Shown here one piece after another: positions 29,740 to 38,353 of a stretch of DNA of 64,000 nt. Origin of the DNA: an uncultured Mollicutes bacterium (GTDB lineage Bacteria > Bacillota_I > Bacilli_A > ML615J-28 > CAG-313). The first letter of the stretch is position 1. Each line of letters begins with the position of its first letter. The stretch lies in NCBI GenBank assembly GCA_937875785.1, contig CALEGV010000072.1:4543-68542 (forward strand), read 5' to 3'. A program made the position numbers and the translations under genes. The notes under the pieces were generated by a model. It saw only the letters and a program-made list of their open reading frames with translations, was not told where the DNA came from and did no database searches.

Positions 29740-29979
29740 TTAATTAAATGAGTTAAAAATGTTTTCATTTACGCCATTAGCCATAATATCTCTAACAAGT
29801 TTGTTTTCTTCAGCCTTATCTAGAGTTTTTCCAGCAAGTTTAGAGACATCTCTAATCACTTGTCTAATACTAGCCTCATCATTCAAATCCATATACCGTA
29901 CTTTTTCAACAAGGGCAAATACAGCTTCTGGTTGAATATTATTTTCAGATATAAAATTCATAACTTTATTTAAATTCAT
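29740..29979 (-). CDS. spoVIF: Stage VI sporulation protein F-like small protein
   Basis: 79 aa. LNDEASIRQVIRDVSKLAGKTLDKAEENKLVRDI parallels the SpoVIF (YjcC) core FKDENTVRSVIKRVAQMANRRVPKELEDKIVESI. Confidence 0.5.
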   Translation of the reverse strand: MNLNKVMNFISENNIQPEAVFALVEKVRYMDLNDEASIRQVIRDVSKLAGKTLDKAEENKLVRDIMANGVNENIFNSFN

Positions 29980-30021
29980 TATAACACCTCAATAAAGTAT
30001 ATGACAAATACCCATAAAATG

Positions 30022-30062
30022 TGACAAAAAGAAAAAGGATGAAAAAGACTTCATCCTTTTTA
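30022..30062 (-). terminator. Rho-independent terminator after the large lipoprotein gene
   Basis: Stem AAAGGATGA / TCATCCTTT (30034-30042 / 30051-30059). The minus strand then reads TTCTTTTTG. Confidence 0.7.
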
Positions 30063-30064
30063 AA

Positions 30065-33000
30065 TTACTGTTCATATACAATTGTAATTGATTTTATATA
30101 GAAAGCTTTTGCTGTATTGGCAAATGATATTTTAATTTCACCAGAAACATTAGGAGTAATAGTGTAATCAGTTGCTGTAGTAGTTAATGACTGAGTATTA
30201 AGATAACTTGTATCTCCTATAGAAATTGATAATGTAGCTTTTCCTGAACTTGCAATGGAAGCATTTACAACTATCGACTTTATAGAACCCATTATATCAC
30301 TTGTAGATAATATAAATGAATTAGTTGGATTATTTGAACTACCAATTTGAAAACCTTTATTTGTAGTATTAGTATCAAAGCCTGCGTAAGTTATTGTAGA
30401 ATACGTCCAATTTATATTGTTTAAATTTACTGTTCCACCGGATGTACTAAGAACCCCTTTTACAAAAGTGTATGAATAAGTTATTTCCTGTTTTTCATCT
30501 CCACCAGTATCTTCTTTAGTTTCAATTGTTACTTCAGTATCTCCCATTATCACAAATGTATATACTCCATCTACTCCTTCAATTGCTACACCATTCACCA
30601 TAACAGATTCAATTACATATCCTTCTACTACAGTTACTTCAAAGACTCTGTCTAATCGATTGGTTGTATTAGCAGATGTATGATTAACTGTTACAATTTC
30701 GTCATTATATGTGAATACAATTGTCGAATCTCCATCTACTACTGTTACAATAGTAGGATTAACACTGTTATTAGGAGCAAGTTCAGGTGTATTTCCACTA
30801 TAATTTTGAATATATCCACTAGCAACTATAGTGTCATTTTGTAATGGTACATTAAGAGTATCTCCCTTTACAGCACGATATAATTTGAATTCTACATCAG
30901 AATCTTTGCTGTCTACAATTACTATTTCATAATTATCGTATTGTTCACTATATGTTATTGATTTTACTATTCCTTTTACAAATATTACACTATCGCTAAA
31001 GGCATTACTTGCCAATTGTTGTGCTGCTTTTACTGCATCAGAAACAGAATATGGATCATCCTCTGTTCCTGCATGATCAAATCTAGGAACACCCATTACT
31101 TCTACTTCAAAGTCTTTAGTCGTTGTTGCACCATTTGAAAGTTTGACAGTAGCAGTAAGAACAACGATAGTTGTATTTTCTGGTTGATAAATTATTGCTT
31201 CACCTTCCGTAGTAATTGTTATAATTTCGCTATTACTAGAACTCCATGTTACAGATGTTTCGTATAGACTTGTACTTGCCAATTCTAATGTTGCTGAAAC
31301 TGTACTATCAACAATCAATGCATTAACAGCAGCTGCTAGTTTTTCATCATCAGTTGGTTCAACATAATTTTGAATAACTAGATTTCCAACTTGTACACTA
31401 GTGTAAAATGCAAAATAATTATATTGCACATCTTTATTTAATTGTAATATCCTACTTGAATCACTTGCTGAAGAAATTTTGTAAGTTGAGTCATCATTCA
31501 TTGTAATCATAAGTGCATATTTTGTATCCACCAATTTAGCAGAATTACCCGATGTCCATGAAACATATTTTCCATCTAATGTTTTTAGATAATATGCATT
31601 TTCATCATATTCAATGGTCCAAATATTTGTAGAGTCGAGTGATGCTAATTTAGCTATTTCTGATACCATAGAGGTACCTAAATCATAAGCAACAAGTCGA
31701 GTAGTTGAACTACTAGTCAATTCTGAGCGCATAACAAAATAATTTCCTTCTGTTCTAATTGTCGAAATCACAACTTTTGCACCATTTTCAAATAATAATT
31801 CCCATTTTGCTGTTAAAGTGATATTTTCATTGACTGGTGACTCAAAATCGAAATCAATGCCATCTTTTTGCCAAGAAACAAATTGATAACCTATCTTAAC
31901 TGGATCGGTTGGAACAGTAACTGTAGCTCCATATTCTACTTCCTGTGATGCTACACCATCACTAAATGTTACAGTAAATTTTTGAACATCCCATTTTGCT
32001 GTTAAAGTGATGTCTCCTGTTGACCCTTTAGTAATTTCAGTGACTTTTGTTTCCCCATTATACCATCCAAGGAAATCATATCCTTCTTTGCTTGTAGTTG
32101 GAAGAATTTCAATTCCTGTCTCAATTGTATAGGTTAATGGATTAACTTCTTGCCCACCTACCACGTCAAAAGACACAGTATAAGTGGCAACTTCCCATTT
32201 AGCTACTAAAGACATATCTCCTGTTGACCCTTTAGCAATTTCAGCGACTTCTGTTTCGCCGCTATACCATCCACCAAAGCTATATCCTAATTTTGTAGGT
32301 TTAAGCAATACTATTGTTTCAGATTCAATTGTGTATTCATTAGGATTTGCCACCGCATCTCCCCCTTGTAAATCATACTCAATTGTATAAGTGTTTACCT
32401 CCCATGTTGCTACAAAAGTTAAGTTACCTGTCATTTCAAGAGGAATTTCATCTACCTTTTTATCATTTAACATCCAACCAGCAAAGGTATATCCTAAACG
32501 TGTAGGTTCACCTAGTGCAATAGGTAGTTTGTCAACATTATAGTCATTTGGATTGAGCTCGTTGTTCACACCACCATTTAATTCATAACTTACTTGATAA
32601 TCATTTACACGCCATTTGGCCTCAATATATATATCACCAGTGGTTTCCATTGGTATTTCTCTAATACGTTCGGTTCCCTGATACCAACCTATAAAGGTAT
32701 ATCCATTCTTAGTTGGTTCTTCTAACACAATTGGAAGACTTCCAACTGTATAGCCCGTTGGATTTAATAAATGATTGATACCACCATTCAATTCATAATA
32801 GATAGCATAATCAGCACTACTCCACTTTGCATACAATGTAATCGCACCACTTGTTCCCTCTTGAATTGAGGTAAAAGTTGTACCATTAAATTCAGGATTA
32901 TCATACCATCCCATAAAGGAAAAGCCTAATTTTTTTGGTTCAAGAATATCAATCGGTGTTTCTTCAGTTGCATATGCTTCCGGATTGTTAGGATGATTGA

Positions 33001-33628
33001 TACCACCATTCAATTCATATACAATTGGGTAAGTAGTATAATTTACGAGAATAACAATTGTATATGTTTTGTAACTATTTTCATGGTATAAAGAAGCAGC
33101 TTTTGTTGTGATTTTTACTTCTCCAGGAGATTTTGCAGTAACGACACCATTTTCATCAACTGTTGCAACATTTGCATTTGAGGAAGTGAAAGATAATGTG
33201 CGGGTATTTTCAATAGCAAATTTATAGTTGATTGTTTGGGTATCTCCAACAAGCATTCTATCACTATAGTCAAATCCAACCGTTTGTGAAATATCATCAA
33301 CTACAACAACTGTTGCAATAACATATATGTTAGGATTATCTACAACATATGCTTTGATACGTACTTCACCAGCTTTGATGGCTTTAATTTTCCCATCAAT
33401 GTATGTGGCAATGCTTGAATCATATGATTGATATCCAACCATTACATCTACTTTGTTAGCATCTTTAGTAACCCATGCCACAGCATCAGCTGTTTCGCCA
33501 ACCATAAGCTCATATGATTTTTTTTCCAAATGAACTTCATGATTGTTCACAACGATACATGAAGTAAGTGTTATCAAACATACTAGAAAAGCTATAAACA
33601 AATAAAACTTTTTTACAGATTTTATCAT
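30065..33628 (-). CDS. Large surface lipoprotein with Big_2 domains, seven Listeria-Bacteroides repeats, an Ig-like domain, an OB-like domain and an unknown C-terminal domain
   Basis: Lipoprotein signal MIKSVKKFYLFIAFLVCLITLTSC; start moved to the ATG at 33628. Domain order:
- two Big_2-like domains (...GEVRIKAYV..., ...GEVKITTKA...);
- seven repeats of roughly 58-70 aa, YELNGG...P.K.GY.F.GWY...TG...L.AKW;
- an Ig-like segment, TSVTWSSSNSEIITIT;
- an OB-like segment, DDPYSVSDAV...VIFVKGIVKSI...IVASGYIQNYSGNTPEL. Confidence 0.7.
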   Translation of the reverse strand: MIKSVKKFYLFIAFLVCLITLTSCIVVNNHEVHLEKKSYELMVGETADAVAWVTKDANKVDVMVGYQSYDSSIATYIDGKIKAIKAGEVRIKAYVVDNPNIYVIATVVVVDDISQTVGFDYSDRMLVGDTQTINYKFAIENTRTLSFTSSNANVATVDENGVVTAKSPGEVKITTKAASLYHENSYKTYTIVILVNYTTYPIVYELNGGINHPNNPEAYATEETPIDILEPKKLGFSFMGWYDNPEFNGTTFTSIQEGTSGAITLYAKWSSADYAIYYELNGGINHLLNPTGYTVGSLPIVLEEPTKNGYTFIGWYQGTERIREIPMETTGDIYIEAKWRVNDYQVSYELNGGVNNELNPNDYNVDKLPIALGEPTRLGYTFAGWMLNDKKVDEIPLEMTGNLTFVATWEVNTYTIEYDLQGGDAVANPNEYTIESETIVLLKPTKLGYSFGGWYSGETEVAEIAKGSTGDMSLVAKWEVATYTVSFDVVGGQEVNPLTYTIETGIEILPTTSKEGYDFLGWYNGETKVTEITKGSTGDITLTAKWDVQKFTVTFSDGVASQEVEYGATVTVPTDPVKIGYQFVSWQKDGIDFDFESPVNENITLTAKWELLFENGAKVVISTIRTEGNYFVMRSELTSSSTTRLVAYDLGTSMVSEIAKLASLDSTNIWTIEYDENAYYLKTLDGKYVSWTSGNSAKLVDTKYALMITMNDDSTYKISSASDSSRILQLNKDVQYNYFAFYTSVQVGNLVIQNYVEPTDDEKLAAAVNALIVDSTVSATLELASTSLYETSVTWSSSNSEIITITTEGEAIIYQPENTTIVVLTATVKLSNGATTTKDFEVEVMGVPRFDHAGTEDDPYSVSDAVKAAQQLASNAFSDSVIFVKGIVKSITYSEQYDNYEIVIVDSKDSDVEFKLYRAVKGDTLNVPLQNDTIVASGYIQNYSGNTPELAPNNSVNPTIVTVVDGDSTIVFTYNDEIVTVNHTSANTTNRLDRVFEVTVVEGYVIESVMVNGVAIEGVDGVYTFVIMGDTEVTIETKEDTGGDEKQEITYSYTFVKGVLSTSGGTVNLNNINWTYSTITYAGFDTNTTNKGFQIGSSNNPTNSFILSTSDIMGSIKSIVVNASIASSGKATLSISIGDTSYLNTQSLTTTATDYTITPNVSGEIKISFANTAKAFYIKSITIVYEQ
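31799..33037 (-). repeat. Intragenic tandem coding repeats (7 units, about 190-215 bp each) encoding Listeria-Bacteroides (Flg_new) repeats
   Basis: Protein residues about 205-617 of the ORF-track translation. The units have diverged at the DNA level but keep exact blocks: CCCATTTTGCTGTTAAAGTGAT occurs at 31801-31822 and at 31990-32011, 189 nt apart. Confidence 0.8.
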
Positions 33629-33663
33629 ATTTTTTATATTTCCTTTCAAGTTTTTACTTACTA

Positions 33664-33692
33664 ATTATAACATTATGCATAAATTTTTGCAA
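33664..33692 (-). promoter_or_regulatory. Sigma-A type promoter of the large lipoprotein gene
   Basis: Minus strand reads TTGCAA (33692-33687), 17 nt, TATAAT (33669-33664), with an extended -10 (TGTTATAAT). Confidence 0.55.
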
Positions 33693-33790
33693 GTAATGAA
33701 AAAACTTTTTTAAAAAAGTTGACAAATTCAAAAATAATCTGTAGACTTTTTAATATTTTTATTGAATAATCCTTTTTCTATTATAATTTT

Positions 33791-33820
33791 CAATAAAAAA
33801 AGATGAAGAAATCTTCATCC
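33791..33820 (-). terminator. Rho-independent terminator after gpsA
   Basis: Minus strand reads GGATGAAG-ATTT-CTTCATC followed by TTTTTTTATTG. Confidence 0.7.
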
Positions 33821-33878
33821 TAGTTCCCTTCTTCCTTATATTATATATTACGATATAATGGTAAGAAGAAATATAATT

Positions 33879-34892
33879 TTATTCATCTTTTAGTGATCGA
33901 TTCATTAATTCAAACACAGCATTTTTTACATTTTGCTTTTCATATATCACATGATATACAGCATCAATAATTGGTGTCTCAAGATTCAACTGCTTGGATA
34001 CTTCGTACACTGCTTCTGCTGTCCTTGCTCCTTCAACGACCATTGACATTGAGGCAATCGTTGATTCCAAATCATTGACTTGTGCAAGTTTTAAACCTGC
34101 CTGATAATTTCTTGAGTGATGTGATGTTGTTGTGACAACTAAATCACCAACTCCTGTTAACCCAAAAACAGTATCTTCTTTTCCACCTAGAGCGGTAACA
34201 ACTCTTTTCATTTCAACTAATGCCCTAGAAATTAATCCCGCTCTTGCATTATCACCATAGCCTAATCCCTCGAGCATTCCTGATGCTATAGCATACACAT
34301 TTTTTATAGCTCCACATAGTTCCGAACCAACTAAATCTGAACCCGTATATACTCTAAAATATGTCGAATTATTAAATAAAAGTTGTATCTTTATCGCATG
34401 TTCCTTATTATTAGAAACTGAACAAATTGTAGTTGGGAGTTGTCTGATTACTTCTTCTGCATGTGATGGACCAGTTAAAGCAACAAACCCTTCAATATAA
34501 TTTTGGTCTATCACTTGATATAAAATTTCTGATACCCTCAAAAAAGTCTTGGGTTCCAATCCTTTTGAAGTATTGATAAAAAGTTTTTTAGAATCAATAA
34601 CTTTTTCTATCTCCTCTAATACATTCCTTAAAACTTTTGTTGGAATACTTAAAACAATAATATCAGAATAATTTATTGCCTGATTGATATCAGTAGTTGC
34701 CTTCACGATTTGAGGAAGCATTCCAATCGGAAGTTTTGTTTTGTTTGTATGATACTGGTTTATTTCCTCTACAAGAACAGAATCCTTATCATATAAAAGA
34801 ACTTCATTTTGATTGTCCCCTAAAATTCTTGCTAATGCACTCCCCCAACTTCCTGCACCAATAACAGTAATCTTTTTCTTATTTGGATTCAT
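33879..34892 (-). CDS. gpsA: NAD(P)H-dependent glycerol-3-phosphate dehydrogenase
   Basis: 337 aa. Contains ITVIGAGSWGSALA and GAIKNVYAIASG. It follows der as in Bacillus. Confidence 0.9.
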   Translation of the reverse strand: MNPNKKKITVIGAGSWGSALARILGDNQNEVLLYDKDSVLVEEINQYHTNKTKLPIGMLPQIVKATTDINQAINYSDIIVLSIPTKVLRNVLEEIEKVIDSKKLFINTSKGLEPKTFLRVSEILYQVIDQNYIEGFVALTGPSHAEEVIRQLPTTICSVSNNKEHAIKIQLLFNNSTYFRVYTGSDLVGSELCGAIKNVYAIASGMLEGLGYGDNARAGLISRALVEMKRVVTALGGKEDTVFGLTGVGDLVVTTTSHHSRNYQAGLKLAQVNDLESTIASMSMVVEGARTAEAVYEVSKQLNLETPIIDAVYHVIYEKQNVKNAVFELMNRSLKDE

Positions 34893-34894
34893 TT

Positions 34895-36205
34895 TTATTC
34901 ACCCTTCTTTCGTAAAATAATTTTTATGGGTGTTCCTTCTAACATAAATGCTTCTCTAAACCTATTTTCCAAATACCGCTGGTAAGAAAAATGCATATAA
35001 TTTGGATCATTCACAAATAAAACAAAAGAAGGAGGAGCAATATCTACTTGTGAACCATAATATACTTTTAATCTATCTCCATTAAAGATAGGAGCTTGAT
35101 TCATTATAGATGCATCAAGCAAAATATCATTGATGACACTTGTTGCCACTCGTCTATTATAATTTTCATATACCATCTTGATTTGTTCGAATAAAGTTTG
35201 AATCCTTTGTCGTTTTAGAGCAGATACAAATACAATTGGAGCATAACTTAAAAATAGAAAATGATTTTTTATTTTTTCAGTATATTCTTTCATTGATTTA
35301 TCGTCTTTTTCAACTGCATCCCATTTGTTCACAACAATAATAGCTGCCTTATTATATTCAGTTGCGTATCCTGCAATTCGTTTATCCTGTTCTTCAACTG
35401 TCTTCGTCCCATCTAAAACAACCAAAACTATTTGTGACCGCTCAATTGCTTTTTCAGCCCTTAATACACTATATTTCTCTGCATTTTCATATATTTTTCC
35501 CTGTTTTCTAATTCCTGCTGTGTCAATGACAACATAATTTTGACCATCACGTGTAAACTCTGAGTCAATTGCATCACGAGTTGTACCTGCAATATTACTA
35601 ACAATAACGCGTTCAGTCCCAAGAATTGCATTAACAAGTGAACTTTTTCCTACATTTGGCTGACCTATAATAGAAAATTGAATTGTATCTTTATATATCT
35701 TCATTTTCTTTTCCGGAAGAAGACTTACTATTCGATCAAGCATATCTCCAATTCCAATTCCATGAAGTGCACTTACTGCAAATACCTCTTCTACCCCTAA
35801 ATTATAAAATTCATAGATATTATCCATGAATTTTATATCATCTATTTTATTAGCAGCAACAATAATTGGCTTTTTGGAATGATGCAATATCTTTACAACA
35901 TCTTTATCACTATTCGTAATTCCAACACGACCATCAGTGACAAGGACAATCAAATCTGCCTCATCAATGGCAAGTTCAACTTGAGCTCTAATTTCTTCCA
36001 TAAAAGGAGCATTAGATAATTCAATACCACCTGTATCAATGATTGAAAATTTTTGATCTAACCATTCACATGTTGTATATAAACGATCTCTCGTAATTCC
36101 ACTTTCATCATCCGTGATAGCAAGTTTATTACCAGAAAGACGGTTGAAAATACTTGATTTTCCAACATTTGGACGACCAACAATTGCTACTGTACCTCTT
36201 TGCAT
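34895..36205 (-). CDS. der: Ribosome-biogenesis GTPase Der (EngA), double G-domain
   Basis: 436 aa. Two P-loops (GRPNVGKSS and GQPNVGKSS) and a KH-like C-terminus. Confidence 0.93.
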   Translation of the reverse strand: MQRGTVAIVGRPNVGKSSIFNRLSGNKLAITDDESGITRDRLYTTCEWLDQKFSIIDTGGIELSNAPFMEEIRAQVELAIDEADLIVLVTDGRVGITNSDKDVVKILHHSKKPIIVAANKIDDIKFMDNIYEFYNLGVEEVFAVSALHGIGIGDMLDRIVSLLPEKKMKIYKDTIQFSIIGQPNVGKSSLVNAILGTERVIVSNIAGTTRDAIDSEFTRDGQNYVVIDTAGIRKQGKIYENAEKYSVLRAEKAIERSQIVLVVLDGTKTVEEQDKRIAGYATEYNKAAIIVVNKWDAVEKDDKSMKEYTEKIKNHFLFLSYAPIVFVSALKRQRIQTLFEQIKMVYENYNRRVATSVINDILLDASIMNQAPIFNGDRLKVYYGSQVDIAPPSFVLFVNDPNYMHFSYQRYLENRFREAFMLEGTPIKIILRKKGE

Positions 36206-36209
36206 AATG

Positions 36210-38255
36210 TTAATTATCTTCCTCGTCCAATTTAATATTACCTAATAAGTCTCCAATCGTACTAGTTGGCGTTTCTTTTTCTTGCTCTTCAAAGTATTTG
36301 TCAAACGTTTCTCTTTCTTTAGCAACTTCAATTGCCTTTGAACTGACACGAAGTTTAGCTGTAGATGGATCACATTCTTTGACAATAACCTCAACTTCTG
36401 TACCAACTGGATATACTTCATCTACACGATTGATTCTTTTTAGAGAAGTAACTTCACTAACTGGTAAGAATCCCTGCACATCTTTATACTTTACAACAGC
36501 ACCAACATCGTTAATTGAGTCAATAGTAACCATAATTTTTTCGCCACGATGCACTTTAACGTTTGCCCATACATTTTCAATTGTTGCTTTATGGGATAAA
36601 CTAATGCGCTTTTTTGTATCATCAATATTCATCACTTTAACTGTTAGAGTTGATCCTTCTTGAACTTCTTCATCCATCTTAACATTTGAGAACCATGAAT
36701 ATTCACCTCTTGGCATAAGACCAGAATAATCGTCAGTAAGTTTAATGATTAAGCCTGCGGGAATAATTTTTTCAACATATCCTTCAAATACATCACCAAC
36801 ATGGTATTGTTCTTTTAAAACATCCCATGGATGTGGAAATAAAGCCTTCATTGATAATGAAATCTTATTTCCATCAATACCGATTACTTTAACATTCACT
36901 TTGTCACCAACTTTTAAACGACTAGCGACATTTCTAACTGGCTTATGATCTATTTCTGATTGATGTAATAAACCACTTACTTCACCAAGACGAATGATTG
37001 CACCATATGGCAAAACATTAACAACTTCACCAACAGTCTCCATTCCTTCAGATATTGCCGCATAAGCAGCTTCCTTAGCTAAACGATATTGTTTTTTCAT
37101 TGCCATTACATTGGAAACCGTAACTTGTAAACGTTCTTTATTTACATAAACAACCATAACATCTAGCACTTGACCCTTTAATTGTTTTAAAGCATCTTCT
37201 TTAAGGTCAATAAATTTAGTAGGCAAAAATAATTTGAAACCCTTATAATCAAGGTCAGCACCAGCTGAAGTGACTCTTATAACTTTTGCTTGAATTGTTT
37301 CATCTTTTTCTTTAATTTCTTCAAAAAGTGATAGTTTTTCTTTTTCATCATTTAATTTTGTTGATAGAATATAAAGTGTTTCACCAGTTTTCTTATCTTT
37401 AGTAACTGTTTTCACTGTTGCTTCAAATTCTTCACCTTCATAATACACGTTATATAGCTTTTGTGATTCAACATAATCTTTTAAATCATTGCTATAAATA
37501 ACAGCTTTTTGATCCTCTCCTAGGATTAGATAAATTGCATCTTTTGTAACATTGATGATGCAACCTTTTACATTTTGACCTTCTCTGTAAGTGACTTTAC
37601 TCATTTTGTTTTTCCTCTCATTAACTAATTTTATAATCCGACTAACTACTTCATCAATTGATAAATCGGTACTATCAATGACTACTGCATCCTCAGCACA
37701 ACGAAGAGGACTATGCTTTCTTGTGGAATCTTTCCAATCGCGAAGTTCAATTTCTTGAATTGTTTCTTCTAGCGTTAAATTGATTCCTTTTTCTGCTCTT
37801 TCGAGCATTCGCCTTTTGGCACGACATCTTATCGTTGCATCAAGATAAATTTTCAGTGAAGCATCTTTTAACACAATGGTACCAATATCACGACCATCTA
37901 CAATGCAATCTCTTGAATTACTAATCTTTCGTTGATAATCAACTAAAAATTCGCGAACAACTCCTATTTTAGAGGGTGTAGAAACATGATTGGTTACTTC
38001 AACACTTCTAATTTCTTCACTAACATCTTCATTATCCATAATGAAACGTCCATTACAAATATCCAATTTTGTGTTTTTTAGAAATGCATAACTATCCTCT
38101 TCTTCCATATTAATACCTAAACGAATTGCCTTCAAGGTTATGGCTCGATACATCGCTCCTGTATCTATATACTCTATATTCAATTCTTTAGCTATTCTTT
38201 TGGAAATTGTTGACTTTCCAGACCCTGCTGGTCCATCAATTGCGATTTTAAACAT
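36210..38255 (-). CDS. cmk-rpsA: Fused cytidylate kinase / ribosomal protein S1 (four S1 domains)
   Basis: The N-terminal roughly 215 aa are Cmk (IAIDGPAGSGKSTISKRIA...IDTGAMYRA...DGRDIGT). They continue without a stop into S1 repeats (GQNVKGCIINV..., ETVGEVVNVLPYGAIIRL, GDVFEGYVEKIIPAGLIIKL, GEKIMVTIDSINDVGAVVKY). Start at MFKIAIDG (38255), 6 nt after GAGGTG. Confidence 0.85.
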   Translation of the reverse strand: MFKIAIDGPAGSGKSTISKRIAKELNIEYIDTGAMYRAITLKAIRLGINMEEEDSYAFLKNTKLDICNGRFIMDNEDVSEEIRSVEVTNHVSTPSKIGVVREFLVDYQRKISNSRDCIVDGRDIGTIVLKDASLKIYLDATIRCRAKRRMLERAEKGINLTLEETIQEIELRDWKDSTRKHSPLRCAEDAVVIDSTDLSIDEVVSRIIKLVNERKNKMSKVTYREGQNVKGCIINVTKDAIYLILGEDQKAVIYSNDLKDYVESQKLYNVYYEGEEFEATVKTVTKDKKTGETLYILSTKLNDEKEKLSLFEEIKEKDETIQAKVIRVTSAGADLDYKGFKLFLPTKFIDLKEDALKQLKGQVLDVMVVYVNKERLQVTVSNVMAMKKQYRLAKEAAYAAISEGMETVGEVVNVLPYGAIIRLGEVSGLLHQSEIDHKPVRNVASRLKVGDKVNVKVIGIDGNKISLSMKALFPHPWDVLKEQYHVGDVFEGYVEKIIPAGLIIKLTDDYSGLMPRGEYSWFSNVKMDEEVQEGSTLTVKVMNIDDTKKRISLSHKATIENVWANVKVHRGEKIMVTIDSINDVGAVVKYKDVQGFLPVSEVTSLKRINRVDEVYPVGTEVEVIVKECDPSTAKLRVSSKAIEVAKERETFDKYFEEQEKETPTSTIGDLLGNIKLDEEDN

Positions 38256-38353
38256 GATGCTCACCTCACCGACATATTATATCACATCTTTGCAAGATTC
38301 GTTATATTATTGATAATTAATTTTTCGTATCCGCATCAGAAGAGACATTGAAA

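Noticed and set aside
31799-33037. Regularly spaced repeats that could be mistaken for a CRISPR array or a satellite
   Set aside because: The units are about 190-215 bp, diverged, contiguous without spacers, and lie in frame inside one long ORF encoding Listeria-Bacteroides protein repeats.
33839-33878. A second imperfect AT-rich hairpin immediately after the gpsA stop, as a possible small RNA or regulatory element
   Set aside because: The pairing is imperfect (about 7 of 9 in the GC-containing arm) and made mostly of A/T. A canonical terminator follows 20 nt later, so this is probably part of the terminator region.
36298-36663. Long antisense ORFs opposite real genes, for example 36298..36663, 55904..56416, 46742..47008, 13074..13505, 3787..4344, 2274..2600 and 8105..8539
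   Set aside because: They are shadow ORFs. They have low-complexity or Ser/Thr/Leu-rich translations, lack RBSs, and are fully embedded in well-supported genes on the opposite strand.
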